Below, piece by piece: positions 7,233 to 15,727 of a stretch of 64,000 nucleotides of DNA; positions within the stretch are counted from its first letter, which is position 1, and each line of letters opens with the position of its first letter. The notes under the pieces are model-generated. The model saw nothing but the letters and a program-made list of their open reading frames with translations. It did not search any database and was not told where the DNA came from. Made by a program: the position numbers and the translations under genes. The DNA is taken from positions 124,001-188,000 of the IMG/VR virus record IMGVR_UViG_3300007735_000804; one strand, given 5' to 3'.

Positions 7233-7434
7233 GCATCACCAGTTCAGCAACACGATCTTCACCAGGAAGACCCTCAAGAAGATCATACATCCGTTGGAAC
7301 TTGACACCAAGATTCATATAGTATGCTGCAAGTTGAGGATCTTCCTTGATATGATAAGCAGCATCTTCATTCACCTCAAGACAAGCAATGATGTCCAGAA
7401 GTTCGCCAGAAGTGAAGGTGATGGGGTTTTTCAT
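7222..7434 (-). CDS. hypothetical early protein
   Basis: ORF track 70 aa after the promoter at 7458. Confidence 0.7.
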   Translation of the reverse strand: MKNPITFTSGELLDIIACLEVNEDAAYHIKEDPQLAAYYMNLGVKFQRMYDLLEGLPGEDRVAELVMPTT

Positions 7435-7457
7435 CGTGTTCCCTTGATTACCTCTGT

Positions 7458-7515
7458 ATTATAGGTCAGAAGGATGGCACCACATCGTTGCGTAGACCAG
7501 TTTCCGAACTGTCCA
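7458..7515 (-). promoter_or_regulatory. early promoter cassette
   Basis: TATAAT; AGACCAGTT-TCCG-AACTGTCCA 7494-7515. Confidence 0.75.
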
Positions 7516-7672
7516 TCTGCTCAAAGACCGTGTAAAGTTTGTTATACAGTGCTGACACACTTCCATATTCCCGTGCAATTTGATGTTCCTCACGCAGAGT
7601 AAGAGTCTGTAGTGCAGACAAAATCACACCAATTTCATGAACATTCAGTTGTAAAATTGCTTCAGTCATCAT
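7466..7672 (-). CDS. hypothetical protein
   Basis: ORF track trimmed to MMTEAILQLNV. Confidence 0.6.
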   Translation of the reverse strand: MMTEAILQLNVHEIGVILSALQTLTLREEHQIAREYGSVSALYNKLYTVFEQMDSSETGLRNDVVPSF

Positions 7673-7819
7673 TCGATTCATCAAGTGCAAGTTCCAGGTA
7701 ATTGTAACCGATTGCCTTACGTCCTTCGTGAGTTTCAGTGTCAATCTTAACACCACTATTCTCCAATTTATCCAGACGACGATTGGTTGCAGTATTCATT
7801 TTTGTGGTCCAGTAATAAC

Positions 7820-7975
7820 TCATGAGATTCCTCCTTTCTTGTTATATTCTATCACAGAACGTCGTGCAGCGTAAGCCTCAAATTCAGATGCAAATGATGC
7901 AATAGACCGACCAGTATCTGCCCAATACAAATACCAACGTTTGGCAAACTGTCGGATGAGAATAGGTTTATCCAT
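7820..7975 (-). CDS. hypothetical protein
   Basis: ORF track trimmed to MDKPILIRQF. Confidence 0.6.
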   Translation of the reverse strand: MDKPILIRQFAKRWYLYWADTGRSIASFASEFEAYAARRSVIEYNKKGGIS

Positions 7976-8165
7976 TTGCAATTTGATTGAGAACGTTACG
8001 GGCAAAAGTCATAAAGGCATAGGGAGACACACCATTGTGCTCATAGAAGTCCAGCATATCAGATTGATTGTAAGTATTCACAATCAGCAAGCAGGCATCA
8101 TAGAGTGCTGCCTGGTGCTCTTCCTTGGATTGGAAAGAAACTGCACTGTAAGATGGTAGAGTCAC
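7968..8165 (-). CDS. hypothetical early protein
   Basis: ORF track, GTG start after the promoter at 8193. Confidence 0.65.
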   Translation of the reverse strand: MTLPSYSAVSFQSKEEHQAALYDACLLIVNTYNQSDMLDFYEHNGVSPYAFMTFARNVLNQIANG

Positions 8166-8192
8166 GGGTTCCGTTCCCTTGATTACCTTTGT

Positions 8193-8250
8193 ATTATACA
8201 GTCCTCATGAGGCGATTCGGGAAGTAATATGACACTTGCTCAACTGGCAC
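8193..8250 (-). promoter_or_regulatory. early promoter cassette
   Basis: TATAAT; ATGACACTT-GCTC-AACTGGCAC 8229-8250. Confidence 0.75.
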
Positions 8251-8706
8251 AACCTCCTCCACTTCATCCTCAAAATGCTCTACAAGTGTGGGACCATTAC
8301 AAATGAAACGGTCAGGATACAGTGCATAAAGAATGTTTTTCAGTTGCCGAGTTACACAACTCATCCCATCAGCATTATACCACTTATCCACATTCTTCAT
8401 TTGATTAACCAATAGTTCAAGCGAAGCATCGGTATGAGTATCATATTGCTGACGGAACTCACCAATAATAACCCAACGATTATCAGAGTTATTTGAAGGA
8501 TCAGTATGCTTCACATACAGATTCACCATCAATTCAAGTTCTTTCTGCGTATAACGCTCTTTCGGTCCTTGTGGTTTCTTCATAAAATATGTTGGCGAAA
8601 ACAGTTTAACAAGTTTGCTATTTGAATTATACTCCATCCCCTTCTCAATTTCAAAGGTTTTGTTCTTGATGATGCGGCGACGTGTTTGGATTGCAATGAG
8701 TTTCAT
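8194..8706 (-). CDS. hypothetical early protein (170 aa)
   Basis: ORF track; own promoter at 8730. Confidence 0.7.
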   Translation of the reverse strand: MKLIAIQTRRRIIKNKTFEIEKGMEYNSNSKLVKLFSPTYFMKKPQGPKERYTQKELELMVNLYVKHTDPSNNSDNRWVIIGEFRQQYDTHTDASLELLVNQMKNVDKWYNADGMSCVTRQLKNILYALYPDRFICNGPTLVEHFEDEVEEVVPVEQVSYYFPNRLMRTV

Positions 8707-8729
8707 GATGAATAGTGTTGTTGTTGGTT

Positions 8730-8787
8730 ATTATAGCGCAGAACAGAGGCGATTGCCAAAGAACTGTGCTACTTGTGGAACTGTCCA
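8730..8787 (-). promoter_or_regulatory. early promoter cassette
   Basis: TATAAT; GTGCTACTT-GTGG-AACTGTCCA 8766-8787. Confidence 0.75.
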
Positions 8788-9207
8788 CCCATTCTTATCA
8801 AATAGGTATTCAAGATATAGGGTTTCTTCTTGCTCCCGTGCCTCTATTTCGTGTGCTTGATGCCAATAGTCCACATTTTCCATGCATTCTTTACCATAAT
8901 ACATTTTTCCGCTTCGCAACCGCAGTGAACCGACTACCCACTGCCGCAGGTGCGTCAGTTCATGCAAAAGGGTTTTTATATACAACTCCTCATCCATATG
9001 GGCATTCAGTTCAATCAGAAAGTGACGGGGACGATAAGTTTCACCCACAACATCACAATACCCATAAACACACTCACGATTTAGACCACGATGCTCAATA
9101 TCCACCATGATCTTGTGTCGTGGAAAGAACCTATTCAGAAACCAAGCGGTAACATCCTCACAGACCCGCTTGCGATAACCATATCCAGAATGCGTGATGT
9201 AAGACAT
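8731..9207 (-). CDS. zincin-like (HExxH) metallopeptidase
   Basis: TLLHELTHLRQW plus downstream HEIEA (third ligand Glu). Confidence 0.75.
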   Translation of the reverse strand: MSYITHSGYGYRKRVCEDVTAWFLNRFFPRHKIMVDIEHRGLNRECVYGYCDVVGETYRPRHFLIELNAHMDEELYIKTLLHELTHLRQWVVGSLRLRSGKMYYGKECMENVDYWHQAHEIEAREQEETLYLEYLFDKNGWTVPQVAQFFGNRLCSAL

Positions 9208-9268
9208 TGACCCCAATGCAAAAACCAAATGAAAGAAGAAATGAAGATGAGTTTGTCAGTCTTGGTCA

Positions 9269-9637
9269 TTAGTTACAACCGAATGCGGCACCTCCTAAAA
9301 ATGCTCCAAGGGGAACAGACCATTTGTAACCATCACCACGACTCATACTAGCAGCAACACCACCGCCGAGTATACCACCTAAAAGGGTTTTTGTGGGATC
9401 ACAATAACTCCTTCGATTAGGTGAACTATTTCGATAATAGTTGCGTCCAGTGCTACCACAAGGTACATTGTATTTTTCAGTATTCACATATCCTTGTTGA
9501 TAGTTACCATACCGATCATAATATCCAGGCACATAAACCTCACGGGTCCTGGTGCATTCTTCATATTCAGTCACTTGTTGTGCAGAGACTGGTATTGAAA
9601 AGAAAGTAAGTGGTAAGAGAAGAAGTAATTGTTTCAT
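9269..9637 (-). CDS. secreted protein with C-terminal glycine zipper
   Basis: Signal peptide MKQLLLLLPLTFFSIPVSA; LLGGILGGGVAA...PLGAFLGGAAFG. Confidence 0.7.
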   Translation of the reverse strand: MKQLLLLLPLTFFSIPVSAQQVTEYEECTRTREVYVPGYYDRYGNYQQGYVNTEKYNVPCGSTGRNYYRNSSPNRRSYCDPTKTLLGGILGGGVAASMSRGDGYKWSVPLGAFLGGAAFGCN

Positions 9638-9640
9638 TGT

Positions 9641-9865
9641 TCAGCGAGCAGTAATGTTCAGAGTCTCCATCAGCATCATAGCAAGTTCGATCTGATTATC
9701 TTCATCAACCAGAGGAATGTTGGCATCTACAAACTCACTTGAAAGTTCCTGCAAGAGATCGGTCATTCGCGGATCGGCATACACAAAGTCAGCAAACTCA
9801 TCCTTAAAACCATCACGCAGCAGTTTGAGAGACTTGGTAACAGTCAGTTGTTTGGTGGTGTCCAT
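9641..9865 (-). CDS. hypothetical early protein
   Basis: MDTTKQLTVTKSL..., after the promoter at 9890. Confidence 0.7.
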   Translation of the reverse strand: MDTTKQLTVTKSLKLLRDGFKDEFADFVYADPRMTDLLQELSSEFVDANIPLVDEDNQIELAMMLMETLNITAR

Positions 9866-9889
9866 GGCGGGTGTGTTGAACATGATGTT

Positions 9890-9947
9890 ATTATAGGGCA
9901 TCTGGGGGTATTTAAGCGCCCCCATGTGCCAGTTGTTGAAGTGGACT
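9890..9947 (-). promoter_or_regulatory. early promoter cassette
   Basis: TATAAT; GGGGG/CCCCC hairpin; GTGCCAGTT-GTTG-AAGTGGACT 9926-9947. Confidence 0.75.
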
Positions 9948-10401
9948 AGCGAGCGTACAAGTAACCACCTGCCCAATCAGCATTTTCAAGCAACCATTCA
10001 CGCTGCTCAATGATACGCAGGTCGTATCGAACACCTTTGGCAGGTGCTTTCCAAGATGCAGACTTATAGACTTCACCAGTCTTCTTATCTACAAAAGCGT
10101 GGACACTGCGGGAACCATTAGCACTCATAATGATCTTGTGATATTTGCGACCCGTTTCAGGGTAGAACTCATAACCACAATTGCCGTTCTTCAGGTCAGC
10201 AATACATGCCTTATGATACTTAATACCAGTTTCGGTATTACCTTCCAGACGCTCTAGAGAACGCTGGTGCATCTTAATGCTGCGCTGGATAAAGTTCTGA
10301 CGCAGTGCCTCACAGAGGGCATAGGTGTGCCCCAAAACTGCCTCTGCGATGTTTTTCCGTGCCTCTGCTTGGGCGGAGTAGTCAGCGAAGGTGGTGGTCA
10401 T
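9946..10401 (-). CDS. conserved phage protein (GRKYHKI...SVHAFVD.KTG.VYKSASWKAPAK)
   Basis: Motif recalled from myophage hypothetical proteins; start after the promoter at 10423. Confidence 0.75.
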   Translation of the reverse strand: MTTTFADYSAQAEARKNIAEAVLGHTYALCEALRQNFIQRSIKMHQRSLERLEGNTETGIKYHKACIADLKNGNCGYEFYPETGRKYHKIIMSANGSRSVHAFVDKKTGEVYKSASWKAPAKGVRYDLRIIEQREWLLENADWAGGYLYAR

Positions 10402-10422
10402 TGGTTTGTTGCGTATGAACGT

Positions 10423-10481
10423 ATTATAGCGGCACCTAGGCACCGCTGGGAGGGTCAGTATGCCAGTTCAGAATCTGGCAC
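10423..10481 (-). promoter_or_regulatory. early promoter cassette
   Basis: TATAAT; ATGCCAGTT-CAGA-ATCTGGCAC 10460-10481. Confidence 0.75.
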
Positions 10482-10613
10482 CCAGTAGTCGTCATTCTCC
10501 AAGTATCCCATCCAATCTTGGGGGTCCGTCTCATACATAGAGATTTCCCGCAGTTCATCAATCAATTCAGATAGGTCCATTAGGAGTTATGCAACTGTGG
10601 ATATTATAGCAGA

Positions 10614-11024
10614 TTAAACTGCCAATGCACCAGAGGGAATTAGAACACTTTCCATATAGGAATCGTGCCAGTCACAGGTATCATAGCACAACCAATCTCC
10701 AGATTGAGTGTAGATATAGGCAAACTCTTCACCATTCTGAAGATAGGTTGCAAGATCACTATCAAGACGCGGGGGAGTATTTTCTCCACGTTGAGAGTAA
10801 TACTGGGGACCATAAACTCCCAGCACTTTGCTACCATCAAAGCGATCATCAGTCCAGCAGCAGGACATATCACCACCATCAATCAGTTCTGCAACTTTAT
10901 CACGAGTGTTGTAGTGAGTCTTCAGAATACGACCCAACCATTCGGGATAACCATCCCAATGGTGATACACAGAGAGCACAGAACCATCTTTGAGTTCAAG
11001 ACCGATGCGAGCGCGAGTTGCCAT
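10614..11024 (-). CDS. conserved phage protein (MxTRxRIG...YxHWDGYP family)
   Basis: ORF track 136 aa; own promoter at 11050. Confidence 0.75.
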   Translation of the reverse strand: MATRARIGLELKDGSVLSVYHHWDGYPEWLGRILKTHYNTRDKVAELIDGGDMSCCWTDDRFDGSKVLGVYGPQYYSQRGENTPPRLDSDLATYLQNGEEFAYIYTQSGDWLCYDTCDWHDSYMESVLIPSGALAV

Positions 11025-11047
11025 GGGGGCGTCTGTCGATTACTTTG

Positions 11048-11824
11048 TTAGTATAATACCTTCAGCAGCGGATTCTGGTGGTCTTGTGCCACCTCTTCAA
11101 CTGGCACAGCATTGAGGCGCTGTTGAGCAGTCAAAAAGTATTCTTCCTCACGCTCAATACCGATAAAGTTTCTATTTTCTAATTTAGATGCAATTCCAGT
11201 GGTGCCAGCACCCATACATGGGTCAAGCACCAGATCGCCCTCATTCGAGAATGTTCTAATCAACCAGCGATAAAGATCAACGGGTTTCTGTGTAGGATGG
11301 TGCTTACCTTCACCCTCCGCAGTCTTAAAATAGATAACGCTGCGAGGATACCTCAACCCACTGTCATTCTTAACATGAACTGCCTTTGTTTGCACACCAT
11401 ATGCTTCAGTGTCTCTTACAGCAGTTCCCTTATCATAAGGAGTTCCTTGTGTCATTTGAGGATTATATGTGGGTTGTTTCTTATAAAACACCACAATATC
11501 TTCATGAGCACGAAGAGGTTGCTTTTTGGCATTCAGATAACCTGTTGCTTTTGATTTCTCCCACACCATTGTGTACTTGAAGTCTTTATAATTTGAAGCA
11601 ATCAGAACACTTGTAAATGGTTGTGCTGCTGTTGAAATGATGGGGCAAGTTGGTTTACAAATATAATCCACAAGTTCCCAAAATCGCGGGTAATCAATGA
11701 TTGTGTCCCATTCATTTCTTTTATTCAGAGTTCCATAAGGAAAATCTGTCAATAACAAATCAATGCTCTGGGATGCAAGATTACCCAGAACATCAAACAT
11801 ATCTCTATTGTATAACTGACTCAT
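11048..11824 (-). CDS. N6-adenine/N4-cytosine DNA methyltransferase, beta class
   Basis: Motif IV LLTDFPY, HPTQKP, motif I LDPCMGAGTTG, GIERE; ATGA coupling to the upstream gene. Confidence 0.9.
   Translation of the reverse strand: MSQLYNRDMFDVLGNLASQSIDLLLTDFPYGTLNKRNEWDTIIDYPRFWELVDYICKPTCPIISTAAQPFTSVLIASNYKDFKYTMVWEKSKATGYLNAKKQPLRAHEDIVVFYKKQPTYNPQMTQGTPYDKGTAVRDTEAYGVQTKAVHVKNDSGLRYPRSVIYFKTAEGEGKHHPTQKPVDLYRWLIRTFSNEGDLVLDPCMGAGTTGIASKLENRNFIGIEREEEYFLTAQQRLNAVPVEEVAQDHQNPLLKVLY
11050..11107 (-). promoter_or_regulatory. early promoter cassette
   Basis: TATACT; GTGCCACCT-CTTC-AACTGGCAC 11086-11107. Confidence 0.8.
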
Positions 11825-12399
11825 TGATTCAACCACTCTACAAATTTGTTCACTTCTTCAACATCAAGTTGAAAATCAGCATTATACTGCTCCATGTAAA
11901 TTGCACGTTGGGCATTACGCTTTTTATGCTGATTGATAATGAATACTTTAACTTCTTTACCAGTCATTTTCTTAAAATATGCGAGATAATAATTAAAAGA
12001 ATCTTGTGATACACATTCTTGACCAGCAAGAATTGCATACTCTACACCATCAGGCACATCAGGCGATGCATCCAATTCAATAAAATCTAACACTGCACGT
12101 TTAAGATAGCAAGCATCCAAATAGCATTTGGATTCTACTGCTTTAACCATCACACCATCACGGTAGATATGCTTATCAACCTGCAAATTCTTCAACGAAA
12201 CTCCATCAATCTCTTCTGTTCTCTTATAATCATTCTTCTTTGCTTTTAGACTAATGTTGGTACAAATGCGTTGAATCAAATTTTCAAAAATTACACCAGA
12301 TCCATTTCTTGCTTTGCCACCGCCACCAATTAAATGAAGACGTGGAAGATCTTTTATCTCTTGATTATAAGTTTCAATGATAGTGTCAAGATTAGACAT
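11821..12399 (-). CDS. putative PD-(D/E)xK restriction-type endonuclease
   Basis: G..FE ... QVD ... ESKCYLD pattern; translationally coupled to the MTase. Confidence 0.6.
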   Translation of the reverse strand: MSNLDTIIETYNQEIKDLPRLHLIGGGGKARNGSGVIFENLIQRICTNISLKAKKNDYKRTEEIDGVSLKNLQVDKHIYRDGVMVKAVESKCYLDACYLKRAVLDFIELDASPDVPDGVEYAILAGQECVSQDSFNYYLAYFKKMTGKEVKVFIINQHKKRNAQRAIYMEQYNADFQLDVEEVNKFVEWLNQ

Positions 12400-12422
12400 G
12401 AAATACAGGATTCAATTTGTAA

Positions 12423-12480
12423 ACTATAGGGTAAAATGAGGAAGAACAGGGAATAAAGTGGTCAGTTGTCACACTGTCAC
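12423..12480 (-). promoter_or_regulatory. early promoter cassette driving the nuclease-MTase pair
   Basis: TATAGT; TGGTCAGTT-GTCA-CACTGTCAC 12459-12480. Confidence 0.65.
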
Positions 12481-12915
12481 ACCAAATGCCAAAACTCCAA
12501 TCGGTTTGCCAAAACTGTAATCGTATGTCAGAGCATCGTGGCAAACATAGTGGGGATGATTTACTGACACACCTAACCTCTCACACATTTCAGCATGATT
12601 ATCTTCCATCAATTCAACAGCATAAAGCATATGATCCAAGATGTGTTGTAAATCATGATATTCAAGAAGTTTATCACGCAAAGCAATCATAAAGTTACCA
12701 GAACCTGCCGAGTTATCAAGAAACTTGGCATTTGGATCTTTCAACTTCTCTTCTGGCAAACTATTCACCATCTGACGACAAACTTCAAGAGGTGTGAATA
12801 CTTCTTGAGTAACTTTGATTCGTTCATCAGATCTTTCAACTGAAGACCCAACTTCTTGATTGTGTTTGTTCTTTTTGTTTTTCGTAGAGTTCACAGATTT
12901 CACCTTTTGAGACAT
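12469..12915 (-). CDS. DNA methyltransferase SAM-binding half (motifs X-I-II-III)
   Basis: EVFTP, FLDNSAGSGNF, YAVEL, HDAL; no motif IV. Confidence 0.75.
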   Translation of the reverse strand: MSQKVKSVNSTKNKKNKHNQEVGSSVERSDERIKVTQEVFTPLEVCRQMVNSLPEEKLKDPNAKFLDNSAGSGNFMIALRDKLLEYHDLQHILDHMLYAVELMEDNHAEMCERLGVSVNHPHYVCHDALTYDYSFGKPIGVLAFGVTV

Positions 12916-13486
12916 GATTACGCCCATTTGTATTTGCACTAATTTTAACAAGATCTTCTTCAAGAGATAATAAAGTTTCAATAACCTTTTGGTCTCTTGC
13001 ATTCACAAAATAATGATCCAATTGCTTTGTGACTTTATTGATTGACATCTTTTCTTTCTTCGGCAGATACTTCTCAAAGTTATCTGTGAACATTTTACCA
13101 GCGTTACCAGTGCGAATGATAACTAGGTTGGCACGGTGTCGGTTCTCATAGTTCAAAAACTCAAAATCTGGATGACTTGTTTTCTCTATAATGATTGTTC
13201 TTGGTCTATCACCCAGTTGCCAAGTTTGAATTGATGCGTGAATACCTTGTGGAAATGTTTTCTCATCACAATCAACATCTTTTACGCAGTGAAGATATGA
13301 ATTACCCTTGATGATTTTATTCTGAACCGATGTCTTGCGAATTGAGTTTGGTAGAATTTCAAGAATGATACCATCCTTCTTGATGTGAAAAGATGACTTG
13401 ATGAGAAAATCAGTGGCAAGTTGTCCACAATTACCATAAGGAAAATTGCCAATAATCACATCAAAATCATTCATATCAAAAGTCAC
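12836..13486 (-). CDS. DNA methyltransferase catalytic/TRD half (motif IV onward)
   Basis: FDVIIGNFPY at the N-terminus, ILP, no FxGxG; TTGCAA-17-TATAAT promoter 13498-13526. Confidence 0.7.
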   Translation of the reverse strand: MTFDMNDFDVIIGNFPYGNCGQLATDFLIKSSFHIKKDGIILEILPNSIRKTSVQNKIIKGNSYLHCVKDVDCDEKTFPQGIHASIQTWQLGDRPRTIIIEKTSHPDFEFLNYENRHRANLVIIRTGNAGKMFTDNFEKYLPKKEKMSINKVTKQLDHYFVNARDQKVIETLLSLEEDLVKISANTNGRNHVSKGEICELYEKQKEQTQSRSWVFS

Positions 13487-13537
13487 AAGTTATGGACATT
13501 ATAAAACCCTCTTACATTTTTTGCAAGAGGATAATTA

Positions 13538-13750
13538 TCAATTGTCGTAGATTTTACACTCCGCAGCATCAGGATGTGTATCACAATAAAGTTCAAGCGG
13601 AGTTGGATCATATGAATCTTCCGGATGATGTTCTTTATATACTTTCAGTGCTTCTAGTTCCTCTTCTGTGTGTCTCCGTGCTTGTGGAGAAATTGTTGGG
13701 TCACTCAGAAGATCCTCATCTTTCTGAATGTGCTGGTTGATGTTTTCCAT
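13538..13750 (-). CDS. cp12: CP12 Calvin-cycle inhibitor (cyanophage type)
   Basis: PTPLELYCDTHPDAAECKIYD C-terminal motif. Confidence 0.92.
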   Translation of the reverse strand: MENINQHIQKDEDLLSDPTISPQARRHTEEELEALKVYKEHHPEDSYDPTPLELYCDTHPDAAECKIYDN

Positions 13751-13781
13751 AGTTTTGTATCAAGTTAATATATTTATTTTT

Positions 13782-13988
13782 CTATTCGCTAAGAGCACTA
13801 CCTCTCCAATTTTTAGGTGGAGGAGGATCACATTTCCCTTCAAGAGAACGAACCATTAGTTCAGCAAATTTTTCCATTTTTTCTGCAGAAACTGTCTGTG
13901 GAGCGTAACTAATTGCATCTTTTAGAGCTACAAGTTCATTCCATTCTTCTTGAGTGAGAGTTTCAGTACCAGTTTTTGCAAGGGTCAT
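13782..13988 (-). CDS. hypothetical protein
   Basis: ORF track trimmed to MTLAKTG. Confidence 0.65.
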   Translation of the reverse strand: MTLAKTGTETLTQEEWNELVALKDAISYAPQTVSAEKMEKFAELMVRSLEGKCDPPPPKNWRGSALSE

Positions 13989-14073
13989 AGAGTTTTTTGC
14001 GATGTATCCCAATGTTAGCATTTCAATACACTATTATCTAGTAACTTAATATTTTCTTTGGGATCAAGTTACA

Positions 14074-14430
14074 TTACTTAATGAAATCATCAAGGGCATC
14101 AAGGTCATCTTTGAGTTCTTGCTCCTTTTTCTTGTCGTGATAATAAGTCCAGAGAGCATTATGCACCTCCATCAGATGATCCACCCAGAAACCAGCAGGA
14201 TAAATGCCAAGTTCAGATTGCAAACCACGATGAGAACAACCCTCACTTTCTGCCTTACACATAATGTAGGTGATTGCTTCCACCATATCAATCTTGTCTT
14301 GTTCGGAAAGCATAAAATACTTTCCTACTGCACGTTCTCTTGCTTCTTCATTTGCTTTCTGAAGTTCCTTGAAGGAATCAGAGTCCCACCATTCTTTGAG
14401 TGCTTTGCCAAGTTCGTTAGGTTCAGTCAT
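14074..14430 (-). CDS. hypothetical protein
   Basis: ORF track trimmed to MTEPNELG. Confidence 0.65.
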   Translation of the reverse strand: MTEPNELGKALKEWWDSDSFKELQKANEEARERAVGKYFMLSEQDKIDMVEAITYIMCKAESEGCSHRGLQSELGIYPAGFWVDHLMEVHNALWTYYHDKKKEQELKDDLDALDDFIK

Positions 14431-14653
14431 CTTTTCCAAAAATAGTTCCAAAGAAACCAGAATCACCTGGTTTACGATTTTCAAGTTTATCAAGTAGAGA
14501 ATCAGTAGTCATTACAGATTCAATACGACTGATAAGATCTGCAATCACAGAACATACCATCGGGCGTTCTTGACGTGCAGCATATGCTAATGCATTACGC
14601 AGAGACTGTTCTGCTTCTTTTAGGGATTCTTCAACAGATTGTGATAGTGCCAT
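14423..14653 (-). CDS. hypothetical protein (LRNALAYAARQE)
   Basis: ORF track 76 aa. Confidence 0.7.
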   Translation of the reverse strand: MALSQSVEESLKEAEQSLRNALAYAARQERPMVCSVIADLISRIESVMTTDSLLDKLENRKPGDSGFFGTIFGKDD

Positions 14654-14865
14654 ACTTCAGGGTTCTCCAAGTCTTTACAACGGGGGTAGAAGATGCCGTC
14701 ACGATAACAAGCATCTTCTGGGTTTGGTTTATCATATTTTACCACATTTATTGGATAATCTCTAATGTTACAGAGTTCTCCTTGTCTGTGGATGTAATTA
14801 TCAAGGCATAAACTACCAACAAATGGGGCAATGCCTTTCAAGAAAAAAAGTGTATACATTAACAC
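14620..14865 (-). CDS. hypothetical protein
   Basis: ORF track 81 aa. Confidence 0.55.
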   Translation of the reverse strand: MLMYTLFFLKGIAPFVGSLCLDNYIHRQGELCNIRDYPINVVKYDKPNPEDACYRDGIFYPRCKDLENPEVWHYHNLLKNP

Positions 14866-15416
14866 TCATTAGTTTCAAGTGGTCTGAGAGATTTGCGAAT
14901 GGTAAAAGAACCATCCCTATTATCAATCCAGTGAATTGCATCACCCTCTTTGAGATTTGCTACTTCCAACAAATCTTGTGGAAAAGAGACAAAATATTCT
15001 GTTTCATCAGTATCACAATCTTTTGCCTCCTCAACTGGAAGAATCCATTTTTTTACTTTATCTTTTTCAGCAGCGTCACACATTGCATTCAGTTCTTCTT
15101 CTGTGTATTGTTGAGATTCTTCTGGATAATAACCCCCCCAGAAACTATCCCAAGATTTATCATTTTCTTTTACATCACCATCACGCAAGTCACCTACAGT
15201 TGCTTGCCAGGCAAGTTTGAACTTATCATCAAACTCTTGCAGATAATACTCAAGATATTCATAGGCAGCAGACATCATCACCTCTGCCTTATCATACTGA
15301 TGCTCCTGAATCCTATCTACTGCAGCATCAATAATTTCACGAGCAGAACAAATCTTGGATGTGACCATCTCAAGGTCATTCATCGTGCGCCAAACTTTTT
15401 GATATTCAACAGTCAT
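14859..15416 (-). CDS. protein with C-terminal AbrB/MazE/SpoVT-like domain
   Basis: YFVSFPQDLLEVANLKEGDAIHWIDNRDGSFTIRK; TTGACA/TATAGT promoter at about 15444-15471. Confidence 0.65.
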   Translation of the reverse strand: MTVEYQKVWRTMNDLEMVTSKICSAREIIDAAVDRIQEHQYDKAEVMMSAAYEYLEYYLQEFDDKFKLAWQATVGDLRDGDVKENDKSWDSFWGGYYPEESQQYTEEELNAMCDAAEKDKVKKWILPVEEAKDCDTDETEYFVSFPQDLLEVANLKEGDAIHWIDNRDGSFTIRKSLRPLETNEC

Positions 15417-15564
15417 TGAGGTGATCCTTGATTGCTTGTTCAACTATAACTTGGATCTCTTTACTTGTCAACCCATTTAACCAGGACCATTTTGGGTCTT
15501 GTGGGTCCCAATCCATTGTAAAAGAACCATCTTCATTTTCTGTTATTTTAAGAGTATCTTCCAT
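15406..15564 (-). CDS. hypothetical protein (52 aa)
   Basis: Read by hand: MEDTLKITENEDGSFTMDWDPQDPKWSWLNGL... Confidence 0.6.
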   Translation of the reverse strand: MEDTLKITENEDGSFTMDWDPQDPKWSWLNGLTSKEIQVIVEQAIKDHLNDC

Positions 15565-15727
15565 TATTTTGTTGCATCATTCAATTTATTTAATAAATTC
15601 TCCATCATAGGAGTCCAAAAAATACATCCCCATTTTTCTTGGTATGGTTTGTAAATTCTTCTAGCAAGAAGAAATCCCCGAATATAATCTATCTCTTCTT
15701 TAGTCAGAGATAATTGAAAATTTTCCA

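Noticed and set aside
12860-12890. Classical -1 programmed frameshift fusing the MTase halves
   Set aside because: The fusion needs a +1 shift, so the A-rich heptamers are in the wrong frame for -1 slippage; kept only as an indel/+1 possibility
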